IMG/VR virus record: IMGVR_UViG_3300044639_002137
Strand: one strand, 5' to 3'
Length of the DNA: 64,000 nucleotides
Source: an uncultured virus (IMG/VR IMGVR_UViG_3300044639_002137)
Taxonomy: Duplodnaviria; Heunggongvirae; Uroviricota; Caudoviricetes
In this document: in pieces, positions 45,444 to 54,585 of the stretch
How the letters are laid out: each line of letters opens with the position of its first letter
How positions within the stretch are numbered: position 1 is the stretch's first letter
Made by a program: the position numbers and the translations under genes
The notes under the pieces: model-generated
The model's input: the letters and a program-made list of their open reading frames with translations, nothing else
What the model was told of the DNA's origin: nothing
Databases searched by the model: none

Positions 45444-45680
45444 CTAAAAAAATGGCAATCCACTTTTTTTGGTGGTCTCTAAATTGTCTTTGATAAGTTC
45501 GCCTATGAGATCTCGTTCACTGAGACCCAGTGCCATGGCCTGGTCGTATGTCAACCCACCACGCATGAACCAACTCATTTTCAATGCCTCCCGACGGATC
45601 TGTTGGCAGTCTTTTTCCATACCCTCAACTAGATCGTTGATTTGTTCAGGACTAGAGGTTAGGAGGCGTCTTCGAAAAAA
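45444..45680 (-). CDS. Tail-assembly chaperone extension (gp51/gpT-like), probably reached by -1 frameshift
   Basis: Helical FFRRRLLTSSPEQ...SWFMRGGLTYDQAM...ERDLI; overlaps the end of the upstream gene in the -1 frame. Confidence 0.6.
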   Translation of the reverse strand, partial: FFRRRLLTSSPEQINDLVEGMEKDCQQIRREALKMSWFMRGGLTYDQAMALGLSERDLIGELIKDNLETTKKSGLPFF

Positions 45681-46495
45681 CTTGACAAATCCAGCGTAAA
45701 TGCTTGTTTGTATTTGTGACTGCATTCTTTACAAGTTAGGTCCAAGGGCTTGACTTCGCTGGCCTGTTTGAGACCAATCACATAATCTCTCAGCTGGTTG
45801 AATTTTTTGCTGTCGCAATTTTTTAGAAAATCCACAATGAACTCAGTTTCTGTCACCATGGCCTGAGGTGTTTTGATTGCAGCAATGCTTTGTGCAACTG
45901 TGTTCAAGGTAGTTTCATTGATTACAGCTATGCTTTTGTTCAGTTGGTCAATTTTGATTTTTTCGTCTGCGTCACTGTTGATCAACTGCATGGCCTGCTG
46001 CTGTTCCAGTTGTACCTGATTGTTTTGATTCACAGTGCGATAGGTTATGGGCTTGAAGTAAATTTCTAAATCGCCTATGTTCAGCACCTGATCGTAGTTG
46101 CCCGCACTTATCATGTCGTTGACTCGTCTAAGGTCCACAGAAATTTCATCTGCTTCGTTGCAGGCTGGGCAAGTGGTGCCAATCTCCATTTCATGACCGT
46201 AACTAGCAATTCTAATGCCCACTAGCACAGCATCAATGTCTGTGCTGGGCATGACCCAGGGATCACGAATACTAGGAACACAGCTCTTGATCACGTTGAC
46301 TGTGGCAGTACCGTTGAACAAGGCATCAGGCGTGCGATAGGTGATTTCATCCACACTGGTCATGGGCAACACTGGTAATTCGCTGTTGGGCGGCATCTGC
46401 AAGGTGCCCGGTGGGTAGAATTTCCCACCAGATGGCAATCGGATGTAAACAGCTGGTTGGCGAAAATACTGGGTTAAAGGGTTGTTTGGTAGCAT
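45659..46495 (-). CDS. gp26: Baseplate hub assembly protein, gp26-like
   Basis: YIRLPSGGKFY, PMT..DEI, DIDAVLVGIRIASYG, CPAC and CKEC, ends SSFF. Confidence 0.75.
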   Translation of the reverse strand: MLPNNPLTQYFRQPAVYIRLPSGGKFYPPGTLQMPPNSELPVLPMTSVDEITYRTPDALFNGTATVNVIKSCVPSIRDPWVMPSTDIDAVLVGIRIASYGHEMEIGTTCPACNEADEISVDLRRVNDMISAGNYDQVLNIGDLEIYFKPITYRTVNQNNQVQLEQQQAMQLINSDADEKIKIDQLNKSIAVINETTLNTVAQSIAAIKTPQAMVTETEFIVDFLKNCDSKKFNQLRDYVIGLKQASEVKPLDLTCKECSHKYKQAFTLDLSSFFEDAS

Positions 46496-46559
46496 AAGTT
46501 TCCTCGATAAATATAATTATGACAAAATCTCCCCAGGATAAAATTACAAGGATTGCACC

Positions 46560-48521
46560 ATGAGTGAAGAATTAGCAGCATCAAACGAAAAGCTGGCCGC
46601 AGCAAACGAAAAGCTAGCCGCGCTCCAAGATTTGCTGGGAAACAAAACTAGTAAAGCCAGTGAAGCTTTTGGAACCATGGCCGGGGCTACAGGTAATTTT
46701 GTAGGATCCATGAATGCTGGTGCTCAGGGAATGAGTGCCTACAACGGTCTGGTTGCTGCTGGCGGCAAAGCTCTGGGTCAGCTGGCAGGTGATTCAACCA
46801 TTGCTCAGAAAAGTCTAGGTGCTCTGGCCGGAGCATCCAGTAGTCTAATAACAGCTATCTTCAAACAGAGTGATGCGCTGTTCAAGAGCTATCAAGATAT
46901 CAGTCAAATAGGTGCTGCTGGAAGTTCCGGTATGCAAGGCGTGTTCGACAACATGCAAAAATTTGGTTACAGCATAGAAGAGCTGCCTAAATTTGGAGCA
47001 TTGTTAGCACAAAATTCAGAAGCTCTGGCTGCATTTGGCGGCACAGTGGAGCAAGGTGTCAAACAGTTTGCGGGTGTAGCCGAAGGCATTCAACGTTCCG
47101 GACTACAAACTGAATTTGAACGCATGGGCATGAGTGTTGACAGCATCAACAAAGGAACCGCAGCGTATCTCAAAACTCAGGCCATGACCGGTGCCAGTGC
47201 TGCCAAGACTCAGGCCGAACTTACAGCTGGGGCAGCAGAGTACATACGCCAACAAGACATACTGAGCAAGCTCACAGGAAAATCAGCAGAAACTCTGCTT
47301 AAAAACGAAGAAGCCCGCATGGCAGATCAGCGTTACAACGCTGTTCAGAGCGAGCTAGAATTAAAGGCCGAAGAAGCCAGAGCCTCAGGAAACGAAGCAG
47401 CGGCCAAAGATTTTGAAAGACAAAAATTACAAAATCAACAGTTGGTAGAATCAGTGCCTGCTGGCATGAAAAAAGGTGTTCAGGATCTGTTGTCAGGTGT
47501 TGCTACCACCAAAGAAGCACAGGCTGTGGCAATGACCAACAACAGAATGGCTCAACAAATTCAATCTGGCAGATTTGAGGCAGCTGATGTAATGACAACA
47601 GGAGCACAAGAATCTGCTGCCAATAGAAAGCGTAATATTGCTCTGGGCAAAGCAGGGGTCATGGATGATACATTTGGTGCTGGAATGATGCAGGCACAAA
47701 CAGACATGGCAGCCAAGGTAAGAACAGGAGTTTTAACACCTACACAAGCAACAGCAGCAGCCGTAACGGCCCAAAAAGCACAAGTTGAAACACCAGAAGC
47801 AGCAGTGGCCAATCAGGTGGCCATACGTCAGGCTCAGCAAGAAGTAACTCGCGGTATGAATAGCATGGTGCAGATTGGGGTGCATCCTGCAACTGCTGCA
47901 TTAAAATCCTTTTCTGCTGGGCTCGAAGCAGTGGTAACAAGAATGCCAGGAACCGGGGACAAGACTGGCATAAGAAACACTCCAGGCCGTGGCGATGTAA
48001 AAGGCACAGGATTCCAAGGCAAGGTAATCGCTCCAGAGATAGTTCAGCAAAATCAAGGAACAATTAACAAGTTTAATACGCCAGGAGATGCCATGCGTGA
48101 CATGGTCAAAAACATGGGCTTACTTGAAAATGCTAGTCCAGCTAATTTTATCAACACCGCAGCAAAAGCATCTAATAGATCATCGGTCAATCAATCAGCT
48201 GCTGAAACCTCTAGATTGTCCAGAAACTCGGACTTGAATTCTGCTATGGCCAGCATTATTGACAAAACCAATCTGGGCAAAACTCAGTATACAGGGCCCA
48301 ACTCCACAATGTCAAATCCTGTGGGTGATACCACTCCTACTGGACCGGTAACAACACCAGCATCGTCTGCTACTACCACTGATTCAAGCATGCTGACCAC
48401 CAGCATGAATGAACTGATCAAACGTGCCACATTGCAGCAGAACAGCCTGGACGAACTGGTTGATCTCAGCAGAAGAAGCCTGGCCCAGAATGGCAAGTTA
48501 CTTCAGGCTGCAAGGCAATAG
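46560..48521 (+). CDS. Tape-measure-like helical protein
   Basis: 653 aa, Ala/Gln/Met-rich helical composition, low in aromatics; divergent from the gp26-like gene; TAAATA upstream. Confidence 0.55.
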   Translation: MSEELAASNEKLAAANEKLAALQDLLGNKTSKASEAFGTMAGATGNFVGSMNAGAQGMSAYNGLVAAGGKALGQLAGDSTIAQKSLGALAGASSSLITAIFKQSDALFKSYQDISQIGAAGSSGMQGVFDNMQKFGYSIEELPKFGALLAQNSEALAAFGGTVEQGVKQFAGVAEGIQRSGLQTEFERMGMSVDSINKGTAAYLKTQAMTGASAAKTQAELTAGAAEYIRQQDILSKLTGKSAETLLKNEEARMADQRYNAVQSELELKAEEARASGNEAAAKDFERQKLQNQQLVESVPAGMKKGVQDLLSGVATTKEAQAVAMTNNRMAQQIQSGRFEAADVMTTGAQESAANRKRNIALGKAGVMDDTFGAGMMQAQTDMAAKVRTGVLTPTQATAAAVTAQKAQVETPEAAVANQVAIRQAQQEVTRGMNSMVQIGVHPATAALKSFSAGLEAVVTRMPGTGDKTGIRNTPGRGDVKGTGFQGKVIAPEIVQQNQGTINKFNTPGDAMRDMVKNMGLLENASPANFINTAAKASNRSSVNQSAAETSRLSRNSDLNSAMASIIDKTNLGKTQYTGPNSTMSNPVGDTTPTGPVTTPASSATTTDSSMLTTSMNELIKRATLQQNSLDELVDLSRRSLAQNGKLLQAARQ

Positions 48522-48581
48522 CGGTAAATAATGTATTACGTTGTGATTCAACGTGTGATGCAATCAAGAATGGATTTCTAA

Positions 48582-50372
48582 ATGACATGGCGTAAGTATT
48601 TCAAAGTCGCTGATCTCTCTGGACAGATGAGCCCTATTTCTGGCAACAAGGAACAGGGCCTGCCGGGCTATCCCAAAAATGATGGCCGTACTAGTAATTC
48701 TTCGGAAACTGATTTTAGTTTCCGCAACTATGCCAGCCGACTGCCTGAAGTGTATTCGGGTCATCCTAATCGAATTGAACGTTACAATCAGTACGAAAAC
48801 ATGGATTCAGATTCAGAAGTTAATGCATGTTTAGACATTATCTCTGAGTTCAGTACACAGCTGAATGAACAAAACGACACACCATTTGAAGTGACCTACA
48901 ACGATGATCCTACTGATCACGAAATAGAAATTATTCGCAAGCAACTGCAACAGTGGGTCAAGCTGAACCGACTGGATCAACGCATCTTCAAACTGTTCCG
49001 TAACACTCTCAAGTACGGTGATCAGGTGTTTGTTCGCGACCCAGAAACATTTGAAATGATGTGGGTGGACATGAGCAAGGTAGTGCGTGTGATTGTGAAC
49101 GAAAATGAAGGCAAGCGTCCTGAACAGTACATTATTCGTGACATCAATCCCAACTTCCAGAACCTAACTGTGGCAGCAAAAACCACCACAGACTTCATGG
49201 TCAATCCTTCTTCAGGCGGTGGCGGATCAGGTGGTCCTGCCATGCAAGGTGGCGGGTATACAGCACCAAACTCGGCACTGAGTGGTGCTTCTAGATTTAG
49301 CCGTGCAGTAAACGAAACCTGTATTGATGCCAAGCACGTGGTACACATGAGCCTGAATGAAGGCCTGGATGTGTTCTGGCCTTTTGGTAAATCAATTCTG
49401 GAAAACATCTTCAAAGTATTCAAACAAAAAGAACTCTTGGAAGATGCCATGTTGATCTATCGTGTGCAACGTGCGCCTGAGCGACGAGTGTTCAAAATTG
49501 ACGTGGGCAACATGCCCAGCCACATGGCCATGAGCTTTGTGGAACGTGTGAAGAATGAAATGCACCAACGACGTATTCCCACATACGGTGGCGGTGGTCA
49601 AAACATCATGGATTCAAGCTATAATCCACTGAGTATCAACGAAGATTTCTTCTTTCCGGTGGGAGAAAACGGCCGCGGAAGCAGCGTAGATGTGCTGCCT
49701 GGAGGACAAAATCTCGGCGAAATCGACGATTTAAAATACTTCAACAACAAGATGGCCCGTGGTCTGCGTGTGCCTTCAAGCTACCTGCCCACTGGTCCAG
49801 ACGACTCAGATCGCACCATGCAAGACGGCAAAATAGGCACTGCCCTGATACAAGAATACAGATTCAACCAGTATTGCGAGCGACTACAGGCATTGATCAT
49901 GCAGAAACTGGATGATGAATTCAAGATGTTCATGCGATGGAGAGGCTTTAATATTGATGCTGGCCTGTTCCAGATCAAGTTTAATCCGCCGCAGAACTTT
50001 GCTAGCTATCGTCAAAGCGAACTAGACAACACAAGAATCACAGCATTTGCCAGTCTGGAACCCTTGCCCTACATGAGCAAGAGATTCATGCTGGAACGCT
50101 TTCTGGGCTTGTCACAGGACGAGATTCAGAAAAATGACAAGATGTGGAAAGAAGAACGTGCCACACCCGAACTGGAAACCACAGGTGGTCAAGATCTACG
50201 TGCAGTGGGCATTACCCCAGCAGGCATTGAAAGTGACGTTGCCATGGGGCAAGAAATGGCCAACATCACACCGCAAGGTGCAGAGGGTGCAGCAGCACCA
50301 GGTGGCACCATTGGCACCACTCCAGCAGCACAGCCTCCAGGTGCAGGCGCAGCAGTTGCGCCAGCAGCATAA
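48582..50372 (+). CDS. gp20: Portal protein
   Basis: LLEDAMLIYRVQRAPERRVFKIDVGNMP, EDFFFP, LPGGQNLGEIDDLKYF..K..RGLRVP.S. Confidence 0.95.
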   Translation: MTWRKYFKVADLSGQMSPISGNKEQGLPGYPKNDGRTSNSSETDFSFRNYASRLPEVYSGHPNRIERYNQYENMDSDSEVNACLDIISEFSTQLNEQNDTPFEVTYNDDPTDHEIEIIRKQLQQWVKLNRLDQRIFKLFRNTLKYGDQVFVRDPETFEMMWVDMSKVVRVIVNENEGKRPEQYIIRDINPNFQNLTVAAKTTTDFMVNPSSGGGGSGGPAMQGGGYTAPNSALSGASRFSRAVNETCIDAKHVVHMSLNEGLDVFWPFGKSILENIFKVFKQKELLEDAMLIYRVQRAPERRVFKIDVGNMPSHMAMSFVERVKNEMHQRRIPTYGGGGQNIMDSSYNPLSINEDFFFPVGENGRGSSVDVLPGGQNLGEIDDLKYFNNKMARGLRVPSSYLPTGPDDSDRTMQDGKIGTALIQEYRFNQYCERLQALIMQKLDDEFKMFMRWRGFNIDAGLFQIKFNPPQNFASYRQSELDNTRITAFASLEPLPYMSKRFMLERFLGLSQDEIQKNDKMWKEERATPELETTGGQDLRAVGITPAGIESDVAMGQEMANITPQGAEGAAAPGGTIGTTPAAQPPGAGAAVAPAA

Positions 50373-50380
50373 ATATCTGT

Positions 50381-50599
50381 ATGATTCTCAATGAGCTTTA
50401 CCACAAGTCGCCTGCTGCCTATCAGGATGTTGCAGCAGACAACACCCAACCTCATATTGGGCAACTTAGAAAAACCAAGCTCACTCTTAAACAGTTGAAC
50501 AAACTGCGAAAAATGAATGACACCCGAACCTTTGAGTACAATGAGAAGCTCAAAGACATCAGAACTCAATACGCACCTCCTGCTGCTCCTCCAGCGTAA
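50381..50599 (+). CDS. Small prohead-associated protein
   Basis: 72 aa between portal and core genes; RKTKLTLKQLNKLRKM. Confidence 0.65.
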   Translation: MILNELYHKSPAAYQDVAADNTQPHIGQLRKTKLTLKQLNKLRKMNDTRTFEYNEKLKDIRTQYAPPAAPPA

Positions 50600-50722
50600 T
50601 ATAGCTGTCTTAATTGACAAAAAAACTGTCATAAACAGCACATTTTTCTCCAAGATTGTAAATATAGGTATACATTTTGCCGGGTGGCAAAATTACCGAA
50701 TATCTTAACAGGAGCTATTTAA

Positions 50723-51553
50723 ATGAGTAAAAATCGTTTCGAACAACTGATCGAATATGTCATCAATGATGAAGACGCTAAAGCCAAAGAACTTTTCCAC
50801 CAAATCGTTGTGGAAAAGAGCCGCCAGATTTATGAAAACCTCATGCAAGAGGAAGATCTTGACGAAGACAATGCCATGGGCGAAGAACCCACTGAAATTG
50901 ACACAGACATGGACGAAGGTCACGACATGATGGGCGGAAGCCAAACAGCTGACCTAATCGACGATGTTGAAGCTGAAGAATCCGGCATGCAAGAAGGTGA
51001 AGACGACGCTGAGTTTGACGACGAAGCCGAAGATGCTGGCGATGATCTCACTGGCGACCTTGAAAGCGAACACGACATGGGCGGAGACGAGCCTGCTAGC
51101 AAAGACGACGTTATGAATCTTGAAGACAAACTGGACCAGTTGATGGCCGAGTTTGAAAACATGATGGGTGGTCAAGACGGCGATGCAGCTGACATGATGG
51201 GTTCCGACGACATGGGTGCCATGGACGACGATGAATACGAAACTGAAGGCATGATGGAAAACATCACCCTCAAGCAAGTTCATCCTAAAACAACCACTCA
51301 AGAAGAAGGCAACGGCAAATCAGGACCTGTTGCATTCAACAGCGGTGCAGCTGGTATGGCCAGCAAGCCTGTGCGTATGACTGGTGACACTGCACAAGGT
51401 CGCACAGCTCCTACCGCCAAAGACATGATTGGTAAAGTTGGCAACAGCCCAAGCCAGTCTACTCAGGCTCCCAAGGCAGCTACCAAGCCGCACACAGCAC
51501 AAGCCACTGGTGTAAACACCAAGAGCCCATTGCCCGGCGGACGTAGAGGTTAA
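50723..51553 (+). CDS. Acidic prohead core/scaffold protein (gp67/68 position)
   Basis: Highly Asp/Glu-rich, AGGAG RBS, position before gp21. Confidence 0.7.
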   Translation: MSKNRFEQLIEYVINDEDAKAKELFHQIVVEKSRQIYENLMQEEDLDEDNAMGEEPTEIDTDMDEGHDMMGGSQTADLIDDVEAEESGMQEGEDDAEFDDEAEDAGDDLTGDLESEHDMGGDEPASKDDVMNLEDKLDQLMAEFENMMGGQDGDAADMMGSDDMGAMDDDEYETEGMMENITLKQVHPKTTTQEEGNGKSGPVAFNSGAAGMASKPVRMTGDTAQGRTAPTAKDMIGKVGNSPSQSTQAPKAATKPHTAQATGVNTKSPLPGGRRG

Positions 51554-51559
51554 TTGACA

Positions 51560-52198
51560 ATGCGTTACCTACAGGAACATCTCAACTTCAATCAGGCCAA
51601 GATTCGTGTCTTGGTTGAAGATGATGTTCACGGTGGCAAAACACTGTACATGGAAGGTGTATGTATCGAAGGCGGAGTTCGCAATGCCAACGAACGTGTG
51701 TATCCTGTACAAGAAATTTCTAGAGCAGTTGAATCTGTCAACAAACAAGTGCATGAAGGCTACTCTGTACTGGGTGAAGTAGATCACCCAGAAGATTTGA
51801 AAATCAATCTTGACAGAGTTAGTCATTGCATCGACAAAATGTGGATGGATGGACCTGCTGGTTATGGTAAGTTAAGAATATTACCTACACCTATGGGCCA
51901 GCTGGTAAAAACCATGCTGGATTCGGGTGTGAAACTCGGCGTTTCGAGTCGTGGTTCCGGCAACGTGAACGACGGCAACGGACAGGTCAGTGACTTTGAA
52001 ATAGTCACTGTAGATATTGTTGCTCAGCCTAGTGCTCCAAATGCATATCCCAAAGCAATTTATGAAGGACTTCGTAACATGAAGTACGGTCATAAAGTGT
52101 TGGAAATTGCCAGAGAAGCAGGGCATGACAGCAAGGTACAGAGATACCTGACACAGGAAGTAAAACGCCTGATTCGGGATCTCAAAATTAAGGAGTAA
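51560..52198 (+). CDS. gp21: Prohead protease
   Basis: RNANERVYP, LGEVDHP, LDRVSH, PTPMG, LGVSSRGSG, DIVAQPSAPNA; start ATG 51560 or TTG 51554. Confidence 0.93.
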   Translation: MRYLQEHLNFNQAKIRVLVEDDVHGGKTLYMEGVCIEGGVRNANERVYPVQEISRAVESVNKQVHEGYSVLGEVDHPEDLKINLDRVSHCIDKMWMDGPAGYGKLRILPTPMGQLVKTMLDSGVKLGVSSRGSGNVNDGNGQVSDFEIVTVDIVAQPSAPNAYPKAIYEGLRNMKYGHKVLEIAREAGHDSKVQRYLTQEVKRLIRDLKIKE

Positions 52199-52201
52199 AG
52201 C

Positions 52202-53299
52202 ATGCTAGATGCAATCAAGCCATTGCTAGATAGCGGCCTAATCAACGAAGACGTCAGTCAAGAACTCAACGAAGCTTGGGAATCTAAACTGACAGAAGCA
52301 CGTGAACAGGTCAGAGCAGAACTACGTGAAGAGTTTGCGCAACGCTATGAGCACGACAAGACAGTGATGGTTGAAGCCTTAGATAATATGTTAACAGATA
52401 GACTCTCTGGTGAACTCGAAGAGTTTGCCCAGGAGAAAATGGCAATGCGGGAAGACCGCGTGAAGTTCCAGTCTAAGATGAAAGAAAATGCCACCAAGTT
52501 CAACAACTTTATGGTAACAAAATTATCTGAAGAAATTGGAGAGTTACGTAAAGACCGCAAGATGCACAGTGAAGGACTAGAAAAACTAGAAAGCTTCATG
52601 GTGCATGCCCTGGCTCGTGAGATCCAAGAATTTACCCAAGACAAACGTGATGTAGTGGAAACAAAAGTCCGCTTGGTACGTGAAGCTCGTGGTCAACTCC
52701 AAGGTCTCAAAGCAAGATTTGTAAAAGAATCTGCGCAAAAAATGAGTCAAGCTGTTAGTCAACATCTCAAGACTGAACTGGGTCAGTTGCACGAAGACAT
52801 TAAAGTTGCTCGCGAGAACAATTTTGGTCGACGTATTTTTGAAGCGTATGCTGCTGAATTTGGTGCTACTCATCTCAATGAGAAAGCCGAAGTTCGCAAG
52901 TTGCAAAACACCATCGCTGCCAGAGAACATCAACTGTCAGAAGCTATCAAACTCAGCCGCCGGGCCAAGGTCCTGGTTGAGTCCAAAGAACGTGAAATAC
53001 GTATGATCAACGAATCCAATGTGCGTCAAACCACTCTGGAAGAGTTACTTTCTCCTCTCAACGAAGAGAAAAGTGAGACCATGCGTAATTTACTCGAAAG
53101 TGTTCAAACAGCCCGTCTGAAGAACGCTTTTGAAAAGTATCTACCAGCTGTGCTAGCTGAAGGCAAATCCGCAAAAGCCCGTCAGGTGATTGTGGAAAAT
53201 GTTTCAGAAGTCACTGGTAATAAAACTGCTCACCGCCAAGACGACGACACTGCTGACAACAGCAATGTCATTGCCATCAAGCGTCTGGCAGGACTGTAA
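52202..53299 (+). CDS. gp22: Prohead core scaffolding protein
   Basis: Coiled-coil, FGRRIFEAY, lies between gp21 and gp23, AAGGAG RBS. Confidence 0.85.
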   Translation: MLDAIKPLLDSGLINEDVSQELNEAWESKLTEAREQVRAELREEFAQRYEHDKTVMVEALDNMLTDRLSGELEEFAQEKMAMREDRVKFQSKMKENATKFNNFMVTKLSEEIGELRKDRKMHSEGLEKLESFMVHALAREIQEFTQDKRDVVETKVRLVREARGQLQGLKARFVKESAQKMSQAVSQHLKTELGQLHEDIKVARENNFGRRIFEAYAAEFGATHLNEKAEVRKLQNTIAAREHQLSEAIKLSRRAKVLVESKEREIRMINESNVRQTTLEELLSPLNEEKSETMRNLLESVQTARLKNAFEKYLPAVLAEGKSAKARQVIVENVSEVTGNKTAHRQDDDTADNSNVIAIKRLAGL

Positions 53300-53318
53300 T
53301 TTAAATAAGGAGACTTAA

Positions 53319-54530
53319 ATGTCACAACAATTATTGGAAGGTCGCTGGGACGAGACCAAGGAAGCATTGCTTGAAGGACTGAATGGTTCTAAACGCAATA
53401 GCATGAGCGTTATTCTTGAGAATACACGTAGATACTTGAAAGAGAACGCAAGTTCTGGTTCAACCGGCTCTGGCAACATTGCAACACTTAACCGTGTTAT
53501 TTTGCCTGTTATTCGTCGTGTTATGCCAACTGTTATTGCTAACGAGTTGGTGGGTGTTCAGCCCATGACTGGCCCTGTTGGTCAAATTCACACTCTGCGT
53601 GTGCGTTATGCCAACACAATGACTGACAATTCTGCTGCTGCCACAAGCACAGCAGCTGGTGAAGAAGCATTGAGCCCGTTCAAAATTGCTCAGGCCTACT
53701 CTTCAGCAAGCAGCACAAGTGCTGGTATTGTTGATCCAACACAGAATATCTATTCTGGTGCCAACACAACAGTGCTTGAAGGCAGCGGCGGTCGTCAGAT
53801 CTCTGTGCAAATCTTGAAGCAGGCTGTGGAAGCCAAGACTCGCAAGTTGCAAGCACGTTGGACTTTTGAAGCTGCTCAAGACGCACAAGCTATGCATGGT
53901 ATCGACGTAGAAGCCGAAATCATGGCAGCTCTTGCACAAGAGATCACAGCTGAGATTGACCAGGAAATCTTGTTGAGCCTGCGCTCACTGGCCACTACTG
54001 AGTTCACATACAACCAGGCTACCGTTTCCGGTACAGCTACATTCGTTGGTGACGAACACGCCGCCCTGGCTGTTTTGATCAACCGTGTGGCCAACTTGAT
54101 CGCTCAACGCACTCGTCGTGGCGCAGGTAACTACGCTGTTGTATCTAGTGCTGCACTCACAGTGTTGCAATCAGCTACAACTAGTGCGTTTGCTAGAACC
54201 ACAGAAGGCACATTCGAAGCACCTACAAACACCAAGTTTGTGGGTACTCTGAACGGCGCAATGCGTGTGTTTGTTGACAGTTACGCAAGTGACTCAACAC
54301 CTGTATTGGTTGGCTACAAAGGAAGTTCGGAAGCTGACGCACCTGCGTTCTACTGCCCATACATTCCGTTGATGAGCTCTGGTGTTGTTCTTGATCCAAC
54401 AACATTCGAACCAGTTGTTAGCTTTATGACTCGTTACGGGTTCATCGAATTGACCAACACTGCATCGTCATTCGGCAATGCCGGAGATTATGTTGGAGAA
54501 ATTGCTGTCAGCAATTTGTCGTTCAGCTGA
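53319..54530 (+). CDS. gp23: Major capsid protein
   Basis: RRVMPTVIANELVGVQPMTGPVG, AKTRKLQARWTFEAAQD, TRRGAGN, YCPYIPL, TRYG. Confidence 0.97.
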   Translation: MSQQLLEGRWDETKEALLEGLNGSKRNSMSVILENTRRYLKENASSGSTGSGNIATLNRVILPVIRRVMPTVIANELVGVQPMTGPVGQIHTLRVRYANTMTDNSAAATSTAAGEEALSPFKIAQAYSSASSTSAGIVDPTQNIYSGANTTVLEGSGGRQISVQILKQAVEAKTRKLQARWTFEAAQDAQAMHGIDVEAEIMAALAQEITAEIDQEILLSLRSLATTEFTYNQATVSGTATFVGDEHAALAVLINRVANLIAQRTRRGAGNYAVVSSAALTVLQSATTSAFARTTEGTFEAPTNTKFVGTLNGAMRVFVDSYASDSTPVLVGYKGSSEADAPAFYCPYIPLMSSGVVLDPTTFEPVVSFMTRYGFIELTNTASSFGNAGDYVGEIAVSNLSFS

Positions 54531-54555
54531 TCCACAATCCATTTATTTGGACAAC

Positions 54556-54580
54556 AAAAACGCCCTTCGGGGCGTTTTTT
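54556..54580. terminator. Bidirectional rho-independent terminator
   Basis: AAAAA-CGCCC-TTCG-GGGCG-TTTTTT between convergent gp23 and TPR-GT genes. Confidence 0.9.
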
Positions 54581-54585
54581 ATTGA

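Noticed and set aside
38387..54530. Inteins or introns in gp55, gp47, gp46, gp20 or gp23
   Set aside because: No intein splice motifs or interruptions seen; the extra length of gp46 is explained by coiled-coil duplications
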